A program made the translations under genes and the position numbers. Of a stretch of 64,000 nt of DNA, positions 36,997-46,929 are shown one piece after another. The stretch's first letter is position 1; each line of letters starts with the position of its first letter. The notes under the pieces were generated by a model. The model did no database searches. It was not told where the DNA came from and worked only from the letters and a program-made list of their open reading frames with translations. The stretch spans positions 248,001 through 312,000 of the forward strand of contig NZ_JMCB01000014.1 in the NCBI RefSeq assembly GCF_000737315.1. Reading direction: 5' to 3'. This DNA comes from Hyalangium minutum. Its GTDB lineage: Bacteria; Myxococcota; Myxococcia; Myxococcales; Myxococcaceae.

Positions 36997-37410
36997 ATGA
37001 ACCCGCTTCGTCCCTCACTGTTCCGCCGCGCTGCTCCCGCCTTCCTCATCAGCCTCGCGCTGGCATTGCCCACCCACGCCGAGGCCCCTGCTGCCAAGCC
37101 CGCCTCGGCGAACGGCACCCTGCTGCTGACCCTCTTCCTGCGCCATGACCAGAGCAAGCCGCTGGACGAAATCAACGCCCAGCTCGATCGCACCGGCTTC
37201 CGGAAGAACTTCCCTCCCGAGGGCGTGGAGGTCGTCTCCTGGTACGTGATGATGGGCATTGGCCAGGTCGTCACCCTGCGCCTGCCGCCGGAGAAGCTGC
37301 GCACGGTGAACCTGGCCATCGAGAAGGGCGCATGGGGCGCGTTCCGCACCGAGATGTACGCCACCTACGACTACCGCCCCATCTGGGAGGAGCTGCGCTC
37401 CAAGAAGTGA
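36997..37410 (+). CDS. Secreted hypothetical protein (small alpha/beta domain)
   Basis: GGAGG RBS; signal peptide; LTLFLRHDQSKPL...FPPEGVEVVSWYVMMGIGQVVTLR. Confidence 0.7.
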   Translation: MNPLRPSLFRRAAPAFLISLALALPTHAEAPAAKPASANGTLLLTLFLRHDQSKPLDEINAQLDRTGFRKNFPPEGVEVVSWYVMMGIGQVVTLRLPPEKLRTVNLAIEKGAWGAFRTEMYATYDYRPIWEELRSKK

Positions 37411-37443
37411 GCGCCGCCTCCTCCCACCCCCGCGCCCCCCTCG

Positions 37444-39339
37444 CTAGGACCGAGCGCGCGGCCGGAGTGCCGCCAGCGCCAGCAGCGTCAGCCACGCGGT
37501 CGGGCGCGGCGCGGCGCTGCACCCTCCTCCCGCCAGGTGGGGCAGCTTGACCGTCCACTGCGCCTCGGCGGGCAGAGGATCGGCGTTCCCCGCGGCGTCC
37601 ACCGCGCGGACGCGCAGCACATGGGCACCCGGCGCAAGGGTGTAGCGGGACACGCAAGGCGTGAAGCTGTCCTCGTCCAGGCTGCACTCGTAGGCCACTC
37701 CCGCCTCGTCCGAGGAGAACTCGAACTCCGCCTCCACGCCGAGGACGAGGGCCGGAGGGCCACTCGTGATGAAGGTGTCCGGCGCCTGGGTGTCGACCGT
37801 GAAGGAGGTAGCGAGGGTGTCCGGGCCCCTGTTCCCCACGGCATCCGTGGCGGTGGCCGTGAGCATGTGCCCGCCCTCGGCCAGCGGCGTGCCCACCGTG
37901 CAGTTCCAGGAGCCGTCCACCGCGGCCACCGCCGTGCAGACAGGCACCGCCAGGCCGTCGAGGTGAACACGGACGAGGGAGCCTGGCTCCGCGACTCCTC
38001 CCACGCGGGGAGTATTGGCCGCCAGCGCCTGGCCAGGTCCCGGCTCCGTCAGGGCCGGTGCTGCGGGCGCCGCCGCATCCACGATGAAGGCGCGCCAGGC
38101 CGAGGACGAGGAGCTGTTGGTCGCCACGTCCGTCGCGGTGGCCAGCACGGTGTGCGGGCCTGCGACGAGCGGCTGCGAGGGCATGCAGCTCCAGTTGCCA
38201 CTGGCGGAGGTGGTGGCGGTGCAGAGGATGAGAGCGTCCTCGGCCACCGTGATCTGGCTGCCGGGCTCCGCCAGCCCCCCGAGCTCAGGCGCCGCGCTGA
38301 CGACAGCGCCTTGCGCCGGAGTGAGGACCGAAGGAGCCGCCGGGGCGATCGTGTCCCGGAGGAAGACCACCGGGGCCGAACTCACCGTGGCACTCAACCT
38401 GGTAACCGTGGCCACCGCCGAATGAGGCCCCTCCGCGAGCGCTGGGATGGCACAGGTCCACTCGCCGGACCCGCTGGCCACCGCCGTACACGCGGGCGTG
38501 GCGCCTCCATCGAGGTAGACTTCCACCGTCGTGCCAGGAGCGGATTGCCCCGCGAAGGCTTGGGGCACATTCCCAGCGGGGGCCTGGGAGATGACGGGCT
38601 CCTGCTGGCAGATGGCGAGCGCATCCACGCGGTAGATGATGATCGTGTTGCTGTTGTTGTTCGCCGCGCAGTCGGTGTCCACCATTCCCAGGAGCACGGG
38701 ACCGGAGACCGCCTCGAAGTCCCTCTTCAGTCCAACGCTGAAGCCGGCACTCATGGCCGCCACGCGCGAGGGCTGCCCGCCGGGAGGGTTGGCACCCAGG
38801 GAGACGACGCCGAGGCCTGATGCGCCAGTGAAGTTCACGCCCAGGACTCCCGGCAGCCAGGCTCCTCCCGCATAGTAGCTGATGGCGCCCGAGACGTACT
38901 GAACCCGGTACCGGCCGGGCGTGCTCAGGAGGGCCTGGGCGACGGAGTTGGGAAGAACGGGAGAGGTGAGGCTGGTGACCGTCGTGCAGTCCGAGTTGCC
39001 CCGGTGCGTGAAGAAGGCGCTCACGGGGGTGGTTTGGCAGCCGAAGCCCGCCTCGACGGTGCACGCCCCCGAGCAGCCATCCCCGTCCATCGCGTTGCCG
39101 TCGTCACAGGCCTCTGACGCGTCCTGGATTCCGTCGCCACACGCCACGGTGCACACCGAGGGAATGCCCGTGCAGCCGTAGCCTGGCTCGATGTCGCAGA
39201 GGACTCCGCAGCCATCGCCGCTGGTGCTGTTACCATCGTCGCACGGCTCGCCGTCATCGAGCGCTCCATCGCCGCACACGAGGGTGGTGTTCACGAAGGT
39301 GAGCAGGAGCGGGAGCGCCACGAGGCTGGCCGGGATCAT
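37444..39339 (-). CDS. Surface adhesin: Myxococcus Cys-rich repeats (DUF4215-like), unknown beta domain, Ig-like repeats, MYXO-CTERM-like tail
   Basis: CGDG....E.CDDGN...GDGC (x2); DT.APAAP Ig repeats; LAGGGCSAAPRPTAWLTLLALAALRPRARS. ATG overlaps the OmpA stop (TGATG). Confidence 0.85.
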   Translation of the reverse strand: MIPASLVALPLLLTFVNTTLVCGDGALDDGEPCDDGNSTSGDGCGVLCDIEPGYGCTGIPSVCTVACGDGIQDASEACDDGNAMDGDGCSGACTVEAGFGCQTTPVSAFFTHRGNSDCTTVTSLTSPVLPNSVAQALLSTPGRYRVQYVSGAISYYAGGAWLPGVLGVNFTGASGLGVVSLGANPPGGQPSRVAAMSAGFSVGLKRDFEAVSGPVLLGMVDTDCAANNNSNTIIIYRVDALAICQQEPVISQAPAGNVPQAFAGQSAPGTTVEVYLDGGATPACTAVASGSGEWTCAIPALAEGPHSAVATVTRLSATVSSAPVVFLRDTIAPAAPSVLTPAQGAVVSAAPELGGLAEPGSQITVAEDALILCTATTSASGNWSCMPSQPLVAGPHTVLATATDVATNSSSSSAWRAFIVDAAAPAAPALTEPGPGQALAANTPRVGGVAEPGSLVRVHLDGLAVPVCTAVAAVDGSWNCTVGTPLAEGGHMLTATATDAVGNRGPDTLATSFTVDTQAPDTFITSGPPALVLGVEAEFEFSSDEAGVAYECSLDEDSFTPCVSRYTLAPGAHVLRVRAVDAAGNADPLPAEAQWTVKLPHLAGGGCSAAPRPTAWLTLLALAALRPRARS

Positions 39340-41048
39340 CAGGGAGACCTCACGGTGATGATGAAGTCGACGCGGCGGTTGGCAGCGCGCCCGAGGGGGG
39401 TGGCGTTGTCTGTGACGGGGCGGCTGGGGCCATAGCCAGCGGTCTGCAGCCGGCCGGCGTCGATGCCATGCTCCACCAGCCACCGCTTCACGCTCTCGGC
39501 GCGGCGCAGCGAGAGCAGGTTGTTGAAGTCCACGTTGCCGCTGTTGTCGGTGTGCCCCTCGATGCGCAGCTGCTGGATCCAGGAGCGCTCTTGAATCGCC
39601 CGGGCCAGGGCCTGCAGCACCGGGAGGTTCTCCTCCAGCAGCACATCCGTGCCCGCGGCGAAGACAACGGGCTGCCGGGTGATCAGCCGGTCTTCCTTCA
39701 GCTCCACCAGGTTGAGCGCGCAGCCGTTCATCTTCGGCTCCAGGCTGGGAACTCCGGGCGCGTCGGGGCAGGCGTCTTCCGGATCGAAGACGCCGTCATG
39801 ATCGGGATCGCTGACGGGACACCCCAGGCGCCGGGGTTCGGGGGTGTCCCCCATGGGCGTGTCCGGGCAGAGATCCTTCTCGTTCAGCACGCCGTCCTCG
39901 TCCAGATCCAGGCTCGCGCGCAGCGTCTCCAGGGAAGGGCCCAGGGTGAGCTGCGGTAGCTCCGCAGGGGCAGGCACGCGCACCTGCGGGCGCTCGCGGC
40001 GGAGGGGCGGGGCCGCTGGCGGAGAAACCCGCTCGCTCGCGCGGAGGGCGTCATAGGACATGCGGACGAGCAGGCGAAATGTCGGTGTCCCCGGCTGCCG
40101 CTGCAGGCCCGCCCCCGCGCCCACTCCGAGGCGAAGCCGTTCCCCGAAACGGACATGAAGGCCGAGCAGGGCATCGAGGCTCGAGAAGAAGGGCTTGAAG
40201 GCATACGCTCGCGGCGTGATCACCGTGGCGTAGAAGGCCTCGGGGCCCAGCGCGAAGCGCCCCGCCGGGTGGACGTACTGAAGGCTCGCTCCGAGCTGAG
40301 CCTCGGAGCCCGCCGAGCTGCCCTCGGGGCCGGGCAGCTCTCCCAGGTGCGCCTCGGGACGCAGGAGGAAGCCCCCCGTCACGGACCAGCGTAATGAGGA
40401 GCGCCTGCCGGACAGCACCAGCTTGGACAGCATGCGCGCCTCCAGATCGCTGGTGTGAGCGGCCGTGCCGTCGAAGAACTTGCGCAGCGGCACCCACAGG
40501 GTGCCGCCGAGGCTGGCGGAGAAGGCGCTCTGGCCGGGCTGGCCATACAGGCGCACCATGAGGCCAATGCGCGGATCACTCGCGCCCAGTCCGCTCACGG
40601 GGACCACGCCCACCAGCGGCTCTTCCTGGGCGGCGGCCCGTAGGCCCAGGGCCCGCGAGGAGGCGTTGGTGGAGGACGAGGAGGAGCCCCGCTCCAGGAG
40701 GGTGAGCGGCACCGAGGCCGACACCGTCATGCAGCCACAGAACGAACCCGACAGCTCAAGGTTACCGAGCAGCTGGTGCTGAATAAGGACCCGGAGCTGT
40801 TGGAACTCTCCGTCCTCATCCTCCACCCCCAACACCAGAGGCCGGTAGGCATAGTCGAGGCTGATGCCCGCCGACCAGGTGCCCGACTCGAACCGGGGCG
40901 AGTCCACCAGGAAGGAGGACTCGCCCGCGGGGGTCGGCTGGGTGCGATGAATCTCGAAGCCCGAGCGTGGGAGGCTCGGGCCCTGCTGGGCCATGGCCGT
41001 CAGAGGAAAGGCCCAGACGGCCAACCACCAGAGGAGGTGCCGGGTCAT
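39339..41048 (-). CDS. OmpA family protein: N-terminal beta-barrel, thrombospondin type-3-like repeats, C-terminal OmpA domain
   Basis: Signal peptide; DLDEDGV....DLCPD, DPDHDGVFD..DACPD; IEGHTDNSG, LSLRRAESV, GYGPSRPV, NRRVDF. Confidence 0.9.
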   Translation of the reverse strand: MTRHLLWWLAVWAFPLTAMAQQGPSLPRSGFEIHRTQPTPAGESSFLVDSPRFESGTWSAGISLDYAYRPLVLGVEDEDGEFQQLRVLIQHQLLGNLELSGSFCGCMTVSASVPLTLLERGSSSSSTNASSRALGLRAAAQEEPLVGVVPVSGLGASDPRIGLMVRLYGQPGQSAFSASLGGTLWVPLRKFFDGTAAHTSDLEARMLSKLVLSGRRSSLRWSVTGGFLLRPEAHLGELPGPEGSSAGSEAQLGASLQYVHPAGRFALGPEAFYATVITPRAYAFKPFFSSLDALLGLHVRFGERLRLGVGAGAGLQRQPGTPTFRLLVRMSYDALRASERVSPPAAPPLRRERPQVRVPAPAELPQLTLGPSLETLRASLDLDEDGVLNEKDLCPDTPMGDTPEPRRLGCPVSDPDHDGVFDPEDACPDAPGVPSLEPKMNGCALNLVELKEDRLITRQPVVFAAGTDVLLEENLPVLQALARAIQERSWIQQLRIEGHTDNSGNVDFNNLLSLRRAESVKRWLVEHGIDAGRLQTAGYGPSRPVTDNATPLGRAANRRVDFIITVRSP

Positions 41049-41117
41049 GTCAGCTCATTGGAGGGAATAGAAAGGCAGTAGAGACTGGTGACCCGAGCGA
41101 GGGAGGCAGGGGCCGCG

Positions 41118-42089
41118 TCAGTTCAGCGGCATCTTCACGAGCTTGAACTTCTCGTTGTCGGTGCCCGACTTCGGCCACTGGACGAGCTCCCCGCCGTCAG
41201 CCTTGCTGTTCCCGGAGACGTTGAGCACCTGCCCGCTGTGCTTGGCGGTGAGGGTGACGAAGCCATCCGGCGTGCTGTCGATCTTCCACTTCTCGTTGTC
41301 AGTGCCGGACTGCGGCCACTGAACGACCTTGGCGCCAGGGGTCTTGCTGTTCCCGGAGACGTTGAGCACCTTGCCGCTGTGCATGGCCTTGAGAATCACA
41401 TAGCCATCCGCGGCGGGCTCGACGATCCACTTCTCGTTGTCGGTCTTCGACGGAGCCCACTGAATCACCGGGGCGCCATTGTCCTTGCTCTGGCCGGCCA
41501 CGCCGACCACCTTGCCGCTGTGCTTGGCAATGAGGACGACGTAGGACGCTGGGGCCGGAGCCGGAGCCGGAGCCGGAGCCGGGGCTGATGCCGAGGCTGG
41601 GGCACCGCTGCCCAGCATCCCCTTGAAGCTGATCGGGCCCTCTCCCTTGTACGTGACGGTGCCGGACAGGCTCTTTCCCTGATCCGCCGACTTCACGTCG
41701 AGAGCGACCACCGCCTGCCCGCTGCGGCCACCAATGACCCACGTGCCGCCCGGCTGCCACGGCGCAGAGGCCCCGCCCCACTGGTTCTCCACGGCGTACT
41801 GGTTGTTTCCTGTGGCCTTGGCTCGGAAGCCAATGGGCCCTTCACCGTTGTAAGTCATGGTGCCCGTCAGCGTCTGGCCATCATCCTGGGACTTGACCTG
41901 GATGGCGACGACACTCTGGTTCGGGCGGCCGCCCAGCACCCAGGTGCCTCCTGGATTCCAGGGGGCTGTGCTCCCGCCCCACTGATTCGTCACCGTGTAG
42001 CTGTTGGCCTGAGCGTGCGCGGCCTGCCCAGTGAGGAGTGAAACAAGAACTGCGGTGAACACAACGGCTTGGGATAGGAATCGACGCAT
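41118..42089 (-). CDS. Secreted two-module lectin: OAA/MBHA-family domain plus ricin-B beta-trefoil
   Basis: Signal peptide; two NQWGG..APW..GGTWV.GGR / EGPI.F repeats; PA linker; three AKHSGKVL.V...SK..G..V.QW..S.TDNEKW repeats. Confidence 0.9.
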   Translation of the reverse strand: MRRFLSQAVVFTAVLVSLLTGQAAHAQANSYTVTNQWGGSTAPWNPGGTWVLGGRPNQSVVAIQVKSQDDGQTLTGTMTYNGEGPIGFRAKATGNNQYAVENQWGGASAPWQPGGTWVIGGRSGQAVVALDVKSADQGKSLSGTVTYKGEGPISFKGMLGSGAPASASAPAPAPAPAPAPASYVVLIAKHSGKVVGVAGQSKDNGAPVIQWAPSKTDNEKWIVEPAADGYVILKAMHSGKVLNVSGNSKTPGAKVVQWPQSGTDNEKWKIDSTPDGFVTLTAKHSGQVLNVSGNSKADGGELVQWPKSGTDNEKFKLVKMPLN

Positions 42090-42180
42090 CAGGCGCTCCT
42101 TGAAAGCACTCAGGATGCGGCCATCTCTACCCAGAATGTCAGGCAATGAATATTGGACCTGGTGCTTAGACAGCGTGGGC

Positions 42181-42795
42181 TCAGGCCTGGCCCAGCCGGT
42201 CCACGAACCGCACCAGCTCCGCCACCGAGTCCACACCCAGCTTCTGGATGACGCGGGCGCGGTGCACCTTGATGGTCTTCTCGGTGGTGCCCAGCTGCTG
42301 GGCGACTTCCTTGTTGGTCAGCCCCTGGGCCACCAGCGTGCACACCTCGCGCTCGCGGGGCGTGAGGACGGAATGACGGGCCTGCAGCGCGGCTGACTCG
42401 GCGCGGCCGGCGCGGGCCGACGCGTCCTTGAGCAAGGCCTGGGAGATGGCTCCCAGCAGTTGTTGCTCATCAAAGGGCTTCAGGAGGAAGTCCACGGCGC
42501 CGGCCTTCATGGCCCTGACGCTGGCAGGCACATCCCCGTGGCCGGAGATGAAGATGACAGGCAGGTGGCAGCCCTTGGACTCCATGGCCTGCTGCAGCTC
42601 CAGCCCGTTCAGCCCCGGCATCCTCAGGTCCAGCACGGCGCAGCCCGGCATGTCCCCGGACAGTTGCTCGAGGAACTCGGTGGGCGAGGCGAAGGGCTTC
42701 GTTGCATGGCCGGCAGCCCGCAGCAGCCGCCCCAGCCCCCGCAGCACGGAGTCATCGTCGTCCACGAGGAAGATGGTCGCGGGGGCTTGTGTCAT
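42181..42795 (-). CDS. FixJ/LuxR-type response regulator
   Basis: FLVDDD, VLDLRMPG, GAVDFLLKPF, LTPREREV..LVAQGLTNKEVA..LG..EKTIKVHRA. Confidence 0.95.
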   Translation of the reverse strand: MTQAPATIFLVDDDDSVLRGLGRLLRAAGHATKPFASPTEFLEQLSGDMPGCAVLDLRMPGLNGLELQQAMESKGCHLPVIFISGHGDVPASVRAMKAGAVDFLLKPFDEQQLLGAISQALLKDASARAGRAESAALQARHSVLTPREREVCTLVAQGLTNKEVAQQLGTTEKTIKVHRARVIQKLGVDSVAELVRFVDRLGQA

Positions 42796-44702
42796 GACAA
42801 GAGCTCCGGGTGCGCCGAAGGAAGCACACACCGTAACAGAGCCCCCTGTCCCGGAGGACTCTCGGCGTGCAAGTGGCCGCCGTGCGCCTCCACGATGGAG
42901 CGGCTGATGGACAGCCCCATGCCCAGCCCGTGCTCCTTGGTGGAGTAGAAGGGCTCGAAGATGAGGGCCAGCCGCGACGGCTCGATCCCTCCTCCCGAGT
43001 CCTGCACGCTCAGCGCCACCTGCCCCGGGCCTGACGAGGCGGTGCGGACCTGGATCTGGCGCTGACCTGCGGGGACATCGGCCATGGCATCCATGGCGTT
43101 GATGAGCAGGTTGAGCACCACCTGCTGGAGCTGGATTCCATCCCCCTGGATGGCGGGCAGCGACGGGGCCAGCTCCAGGTGCAGGGTCGCGCCGCGCAGT
43201 TGCATGTCGTTGGCCAGCAGGCGCGCCACCTCGCGCACCAGGTCATTGAGGGAGTGGAACTCCTGCCGGGGCTCCCCCCGCTTGAGCAGCGCGCGCATGC
43301 GGTGGATGACTTCGCCCGCGCGCTTGTCGTCGGAGATGATGTCCCCGAGCGCCTCGCGCACCTCGCCCAGCTCCGCAGGGGTGGCGTTCAGCAGGCGGCG
43401 TGCGGCCTGGGCGTTGCTGAGGATGGCGGCCAGGGGCTGGTTGAGCTCATGAGCCAGCGAGGCAGCCAGCTCGCCCATGGCGGCCACCCGGCTTACGTGG
43501 GCCAGCTGATCCAGGGTTCTGCGCGCCTCCATCTCCGCGAGCTTCTCCATGTGTTGGCGCTCGATGATCTCGGCCTGGGCCCGCATGCGGCGGCGGCGCT
43601 CCACCACGAGCCCTGCAGCCACCAACGCCTGCAGGCCGCTGAGCGCCAGGGCCCCCAGGACATACCAGCGGTAGCGCTCCCAGAGCGTGGGCTCGTCGAA
43701 GGCGAGCCGCACCCCCGGAGGCACCCGGTCGCGGGGGATGCCCCAGCGCCGCAGCGCGCGGGCATCGACCGTCAGCGTGTCCACGGGCGCCGGCTTCAGG
43801 GGCGCGAGGAACTCCCCCTCCTCTCCGCGCAACACGCGGGCGGTGAGCATGCCCAGTTGTTGGCCCACGGCCTCGTAGCTGACGAGCGCTCCGCCGACGA
43901 ACCCCCCTCCTAGGACGGTGTCGTGGAGGGCGAAACAGGGCCTGCTGCTGGCGGCGAGCAACAGGCGCGCGACCTCGCGCCCCACGAAGGGCCTTCCGCT
44001 GGGGTCGGTCATGAAGGTGAAGGTGAGGACCGCGGTGTCGTCCGGCAGGGTCTTCGCGCGCTCGAGCAGCTCAGCCAGCGGCAGGCCGCTCAGGTCGATG
44101 AACTCCAGCCCTCGCTGCGTTAGCAGCGGTTGCAGCTCTCGCACCATCTGCTCCTGCTGAGCGCGCTCCCAGCGACTGGCGCCGTTGATGAGCGCCAGCC
44201 GCCGTGTGCCGGGCAGCAGCTGCAGGGCCAGCTCCGCGGTGGCCCTCATGTCATAACGCAGCCAGAGGCCCGCCACCCGCTCCGGGCGAGGTTGCTGCTC
44301 CCAGAGCCGCTCGTCCTCGGAGAGGATGATCACCGGGATGTCCGGCCACAGCTCCCGGCGCAGCTGCAGGGCCACCTGGATGGCGTCCGTGCGGAAGGTG
44401 ATGAGGGCATCCGGCCGGCGCTCCCGGTACTTGGCCAGATACCAGGTGTGCAGGGCCTGTGTGTATGAAGACCCACGGGCCCAGCCCAGATCCAGGCTCT
44501 CGACATCCACGGTGATCGGGACGTCCTGAGCCTCCCACAAGGAGGAGCGGAGACTGGCGACGAGCATCGCCATGGCGGGCAGCGCCGTGTCCTCGGGGAC
44601 GAGCAGGAGCACGGACTTGCCAGCCGGACGCGCCTCCTGGGCCACCGCCTGGGGTGTCATCAGCGATAGGAGGCAGAAGACAAAGACCGTGCGCCAGAAC
44701 AT
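42792..44702 (-). CDS. Sensor histidine kinase (FixL-like HisKA/HATPase) with periplasmic substrate-binding-like domain
   Basis: Signal peptide, one TM helix, AHELNQPL, QQVVLNLLINAMDA, DSGGG, FYSTKEHGLGMGL. ATGA overlap with the response regulator. Confidence 0.95.
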   Translation of the reverse strand: MFWRTVFVFCLLSLMTPQAVAQEARPAGKSVLLLVPEDTALPAMAMLVASLRSSLWEAQDVPITVDVESLDLGWARGSSYTQALHTWYLAKYRERRPDALITFRTDAIQVALQLRRELWPDIPVIILSEDERLWEQQPRPERVAGLWLRYDMRATAELALQLLPGTRRLALINGASRWERAQQEQMVRELQPLLTQRGLEFIDLSGLPLAELLERAKTLPDDTAVLTFTFMTDPSGRPFVGREVARLLLAASSRPCFALHDTVLGGGFVGGALVSYEAVGQQLGMLTARVLRGEEGEFLAPLKPAPVDTLTVDARALRRWGIPRDRVPPGVRLAFDEPTLWERYRWYVLGALALSGLQALVAAGLVVERRRRMRAQAEIIERQHMEKLAEMEARRTLDQLAHVSRVAAMGELAASLAHELNQPLAAILSNAQAARRLLNATPAELGEVREALGDIISDDKRAGEVIHRMRALLKRGEPRQEFHSLNDLVREVARLLANDMQLRGATLHLELAPSLPAIQGDGIQLQQVVLNLLINAMDAMADVPAGQRQIQVRTASSGPGQVALSVQDSGGGIEPSRLALIFEPFYSTKEHGLGMGLSISRSIVEAHGGHLHAESPPGQGALLRCVLPSAHPELLS

Positions 44703-44780
44703 GGTGGACACTTTGAACCAGATGGAGGGTATCAGGCGATTCCCAAAAGGTTCATGTGGAGAACCTCCTGCGGGGGCACC

Positions 44781-45347
44781 CTACGGCGCTGCGCCCGCGG
44801 GACGCTGCTCCCGCGCCGCTTTCCGAAAAAGCTGGGCCGATGTGAGCCACAGCGCGACAAAGAGCCCCGTCAGTATCAAGGCGTTGCCCCATCCGGCGAT
44901 CAGGGCGATCACAGCGGCCACCGCCTGGGCGAGCGCCGTCCCAGCCAACGCGCGTGCCATGCCCTGGGGCTGGAAGCGCGCAAGGAGGGCACCCATGAGC
45001 CCGACGGCGAGCACTCCACCATACATCAAGCTGGCGGGGTTCTCCTCACTCCCGATGATGCCCACGGCCAGGTTCAACCAGACGAGGATGAATGCCGCCG
45101 CGAGCGCAACACCAGCGGCGGCTCGGTACGCGGTGTTGCCCGTCACCCTCGCTGCGAGCTCGTAGGTGCCGCAGGCGGCGAACAGCATGGCGCCGAAGAG
45201 AGCGAAATCGGCCGGGCCCCAAGCCACTTCCTCGGTGAACTGCATCGCCACCCCGGGCGCCAGCAGGAGAAGCGCCGCAGTCCCCCAGAGCGCCCTCCTC
45301 CAACGGCTCCCGAGCCGTCCGCTGCCGTTTTCCGTGTTCCCCGCCAT
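44781..45347 (-). CDS. Membrane protein (about 5 TM)
   Basis: Hydrophobic helices; W...DF..FGAML, W.NLAVGIIGSE.NPA.LMY.GV. Confidence 0.7.
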   Translation of the reverse strand: MAGNTENGSGRLGSRWRRALWGTAALLLLAPGVAMQFTEEVAWGPADFALFGAMLFAACGTYELAARVTGNTAYRAAAGVALAAAFILVWLNLAVGIIGSEENPASLMYGGVLAVGLMGALLARFQPQGMARALAGTALAQAVAAVIALIAGWGNALILTGLFVALWLTSAQLFRKAAREQRPAGAAP

Positions 45348-45479
45348 GGCCTTGCCTCCGTGCATGAGTGAGGCCTATCCAGTAGCGCGGAGTAGAGCCC
45401 CGCACGACAGCGGCCGTGCGAGCGGTCGGGAGTCGCGTCCGAGCGGCCCGGCGGCGGGGGCGAGCCGCTCGGAGTTCCT

Positions 45480-46751
45480 TCAGCGCGGGGTGAGCTTGAG
45501 CAGCTTACCGTTGGCGTCGTCGGTGAGCAGGTAGAGCGCTCCTTCAGGGCCCTGCACCACCTCGCGGATGCGCGCGCCCAGGTTCGTAAGCAGCCGCTCC
45601 TCGCCCACCACGCGGTCATTCTTCATCATCAGCCGCACCAGCGCCTGGCCGGACAGGGCTCCGATGAAGATGTTGTCGCGCCACTCGGGGAAGAGCTCCC
45701 CGGTGTAGAGGGTCATCCCCGAGGGCGAGATGACCGGATCCCAGTAGTACACGGGCTGCTCCATGCCCTCGCCCTGCGTGCTCTGGTGGATGGGCGCACC
45801 CGAGTACTCCTCGCCATAGCCAATGGTGGGCCAGCCGTAGTCCTTGCCCGCCTCGGGGCGGTTGAGCTCGTCTCCGCCGCGCGGCCCCATCTCCACCGTC
45901 CACAGCCGCTGCTGGCGGTCGAGCGCCGCCGACAGAACGTTGCGGTGTCCCACCGACCAGATCTCCGGCTTGGCCCCCTCGGTCTTCAGGAACGGGTTGT
46001 CCTGGGGCACCGAGCCGTCGGGGTTGATGCGGACGATCTTGCCGAAGTGGCTCCGCACATCGCGCGCCTGCACCCGGCCCGCGAGGATGGAGCGCTCGCC
46101 GAGCGTGACGAACAGCTTGCCGTCGGGGGCGAACACCAAGCGGCCTCCCGCGTGCAGGGTCGACTCGAGCGTGGGCATCATGCGGAAGATGATCTGCAGG
46201 CCCTCCACGCGCGGCTGTGGACCCTCCACGAGCTTCGCGCGTGCCACCGCCAGACCATTGCCGCCCTGGCGCGGCTCGTAATAGGTCCAGTAGATGAGGC
46301 CGCTCTGGGCGTAGTCGGGGGCCACCTCCACGTCGAGCAGACCGCCCTGTCCACGGCCGTCAACGGGCGGCAGACCGGCGACGGCGGGGGACTTCGCGCC
46401 CTGGGGCGTGACGATGTAGAGCGAGCCGGTGGGCTTCTCGGTGACGAGCATGCGCCGGTCGGGGAGGAAGGCGATGGCCCAGGGATTCTTGAAGCCCGAG
46501 GCAATCTCGGTGACCTGAAAGGCCGTCTTCGACTGGATGGCCGGGGCGCGCGTCTGCCCGGGGAAAGCCGGCTGGAACTCGGGCACGTTGGGAGGGCCCG
46601 TCGGGACGGGGGGACCGCTCGGAAGGGCTTCCTCGGGCGGCGGCTGCGTGTCCCCGGGGGGCTGCGGCGTGCCCTCCGGCGGATTGGGGGTCTTACCGCT
46701 ACAGCCCGGCAGGAGGGCGGCCAGGAGGATGATCATCGACAACGTTCGCAT
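45480..46751 (-). CDS. PQQ-dependent sugar dehydrogenase (YliI/GSDH-like) lipoprotein
   Basis: LPGC lipobox; PWAIAFLPD, GQGGLLDV, HAGGRL.F.PDG.LFV..GER, IWSVGHRN, EMGPRGGDELN, SPSG, RIREV.QGPEGALY. Confidence 0.92.
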   Translation of the reverse strand: MRTLSMIILLAALLPGCSGKTPNPPEGTPQPPGDTQPPPEEALPSGPPVPTGPPNVPEFQPAFPGQTRAPAIQSKTAFQVTEIASGFKNPWAIAFLPDRRMLVTEKPTGSLYIVTPQGAKSPAVAGLPPVDGRGQGGLLDVEVAPDYAQSGLIYWTYYEPRQGGNGLAVARAKLVEGPQPRVEGLQIIFRMMPTLESTLHAGGRLVFAPDGKLFVTLGERSILAGRVQARDVRSHFGKIVRINPDGSVPQDNPFLKTEGAKPEIWSVGHRNVLSAALDRQQRLWTVEMGPRGGDELNRPEAGKDYGWPTIGYGEEYSGAPIHQSTQGEGMEQPVYYWDPVISPSGMTLYTGELFPEWRDNIFIGALSGQALVRLMMKNDRVVGEERLLTNLGARIREVVQGPEGALYLLTDDANGKLLKLTPR

Positions 46752-46929
46752 AGGACTCTCTCCAAGAGAGGGCAGGAAGGAATGCCTTCTTGGAGGTCCC
46801 ATAAACAAGGTGGAAGAGGCGCGCCATCAAACGCTCTGGCGGATGTCCACTACCGTGGCTTCCGGCGTGCCTCATTCCAAGCGCCGCACGGCCCCCCACT
46901 GGGCGCTGTTCCAACGGGCGGAAACGCTC

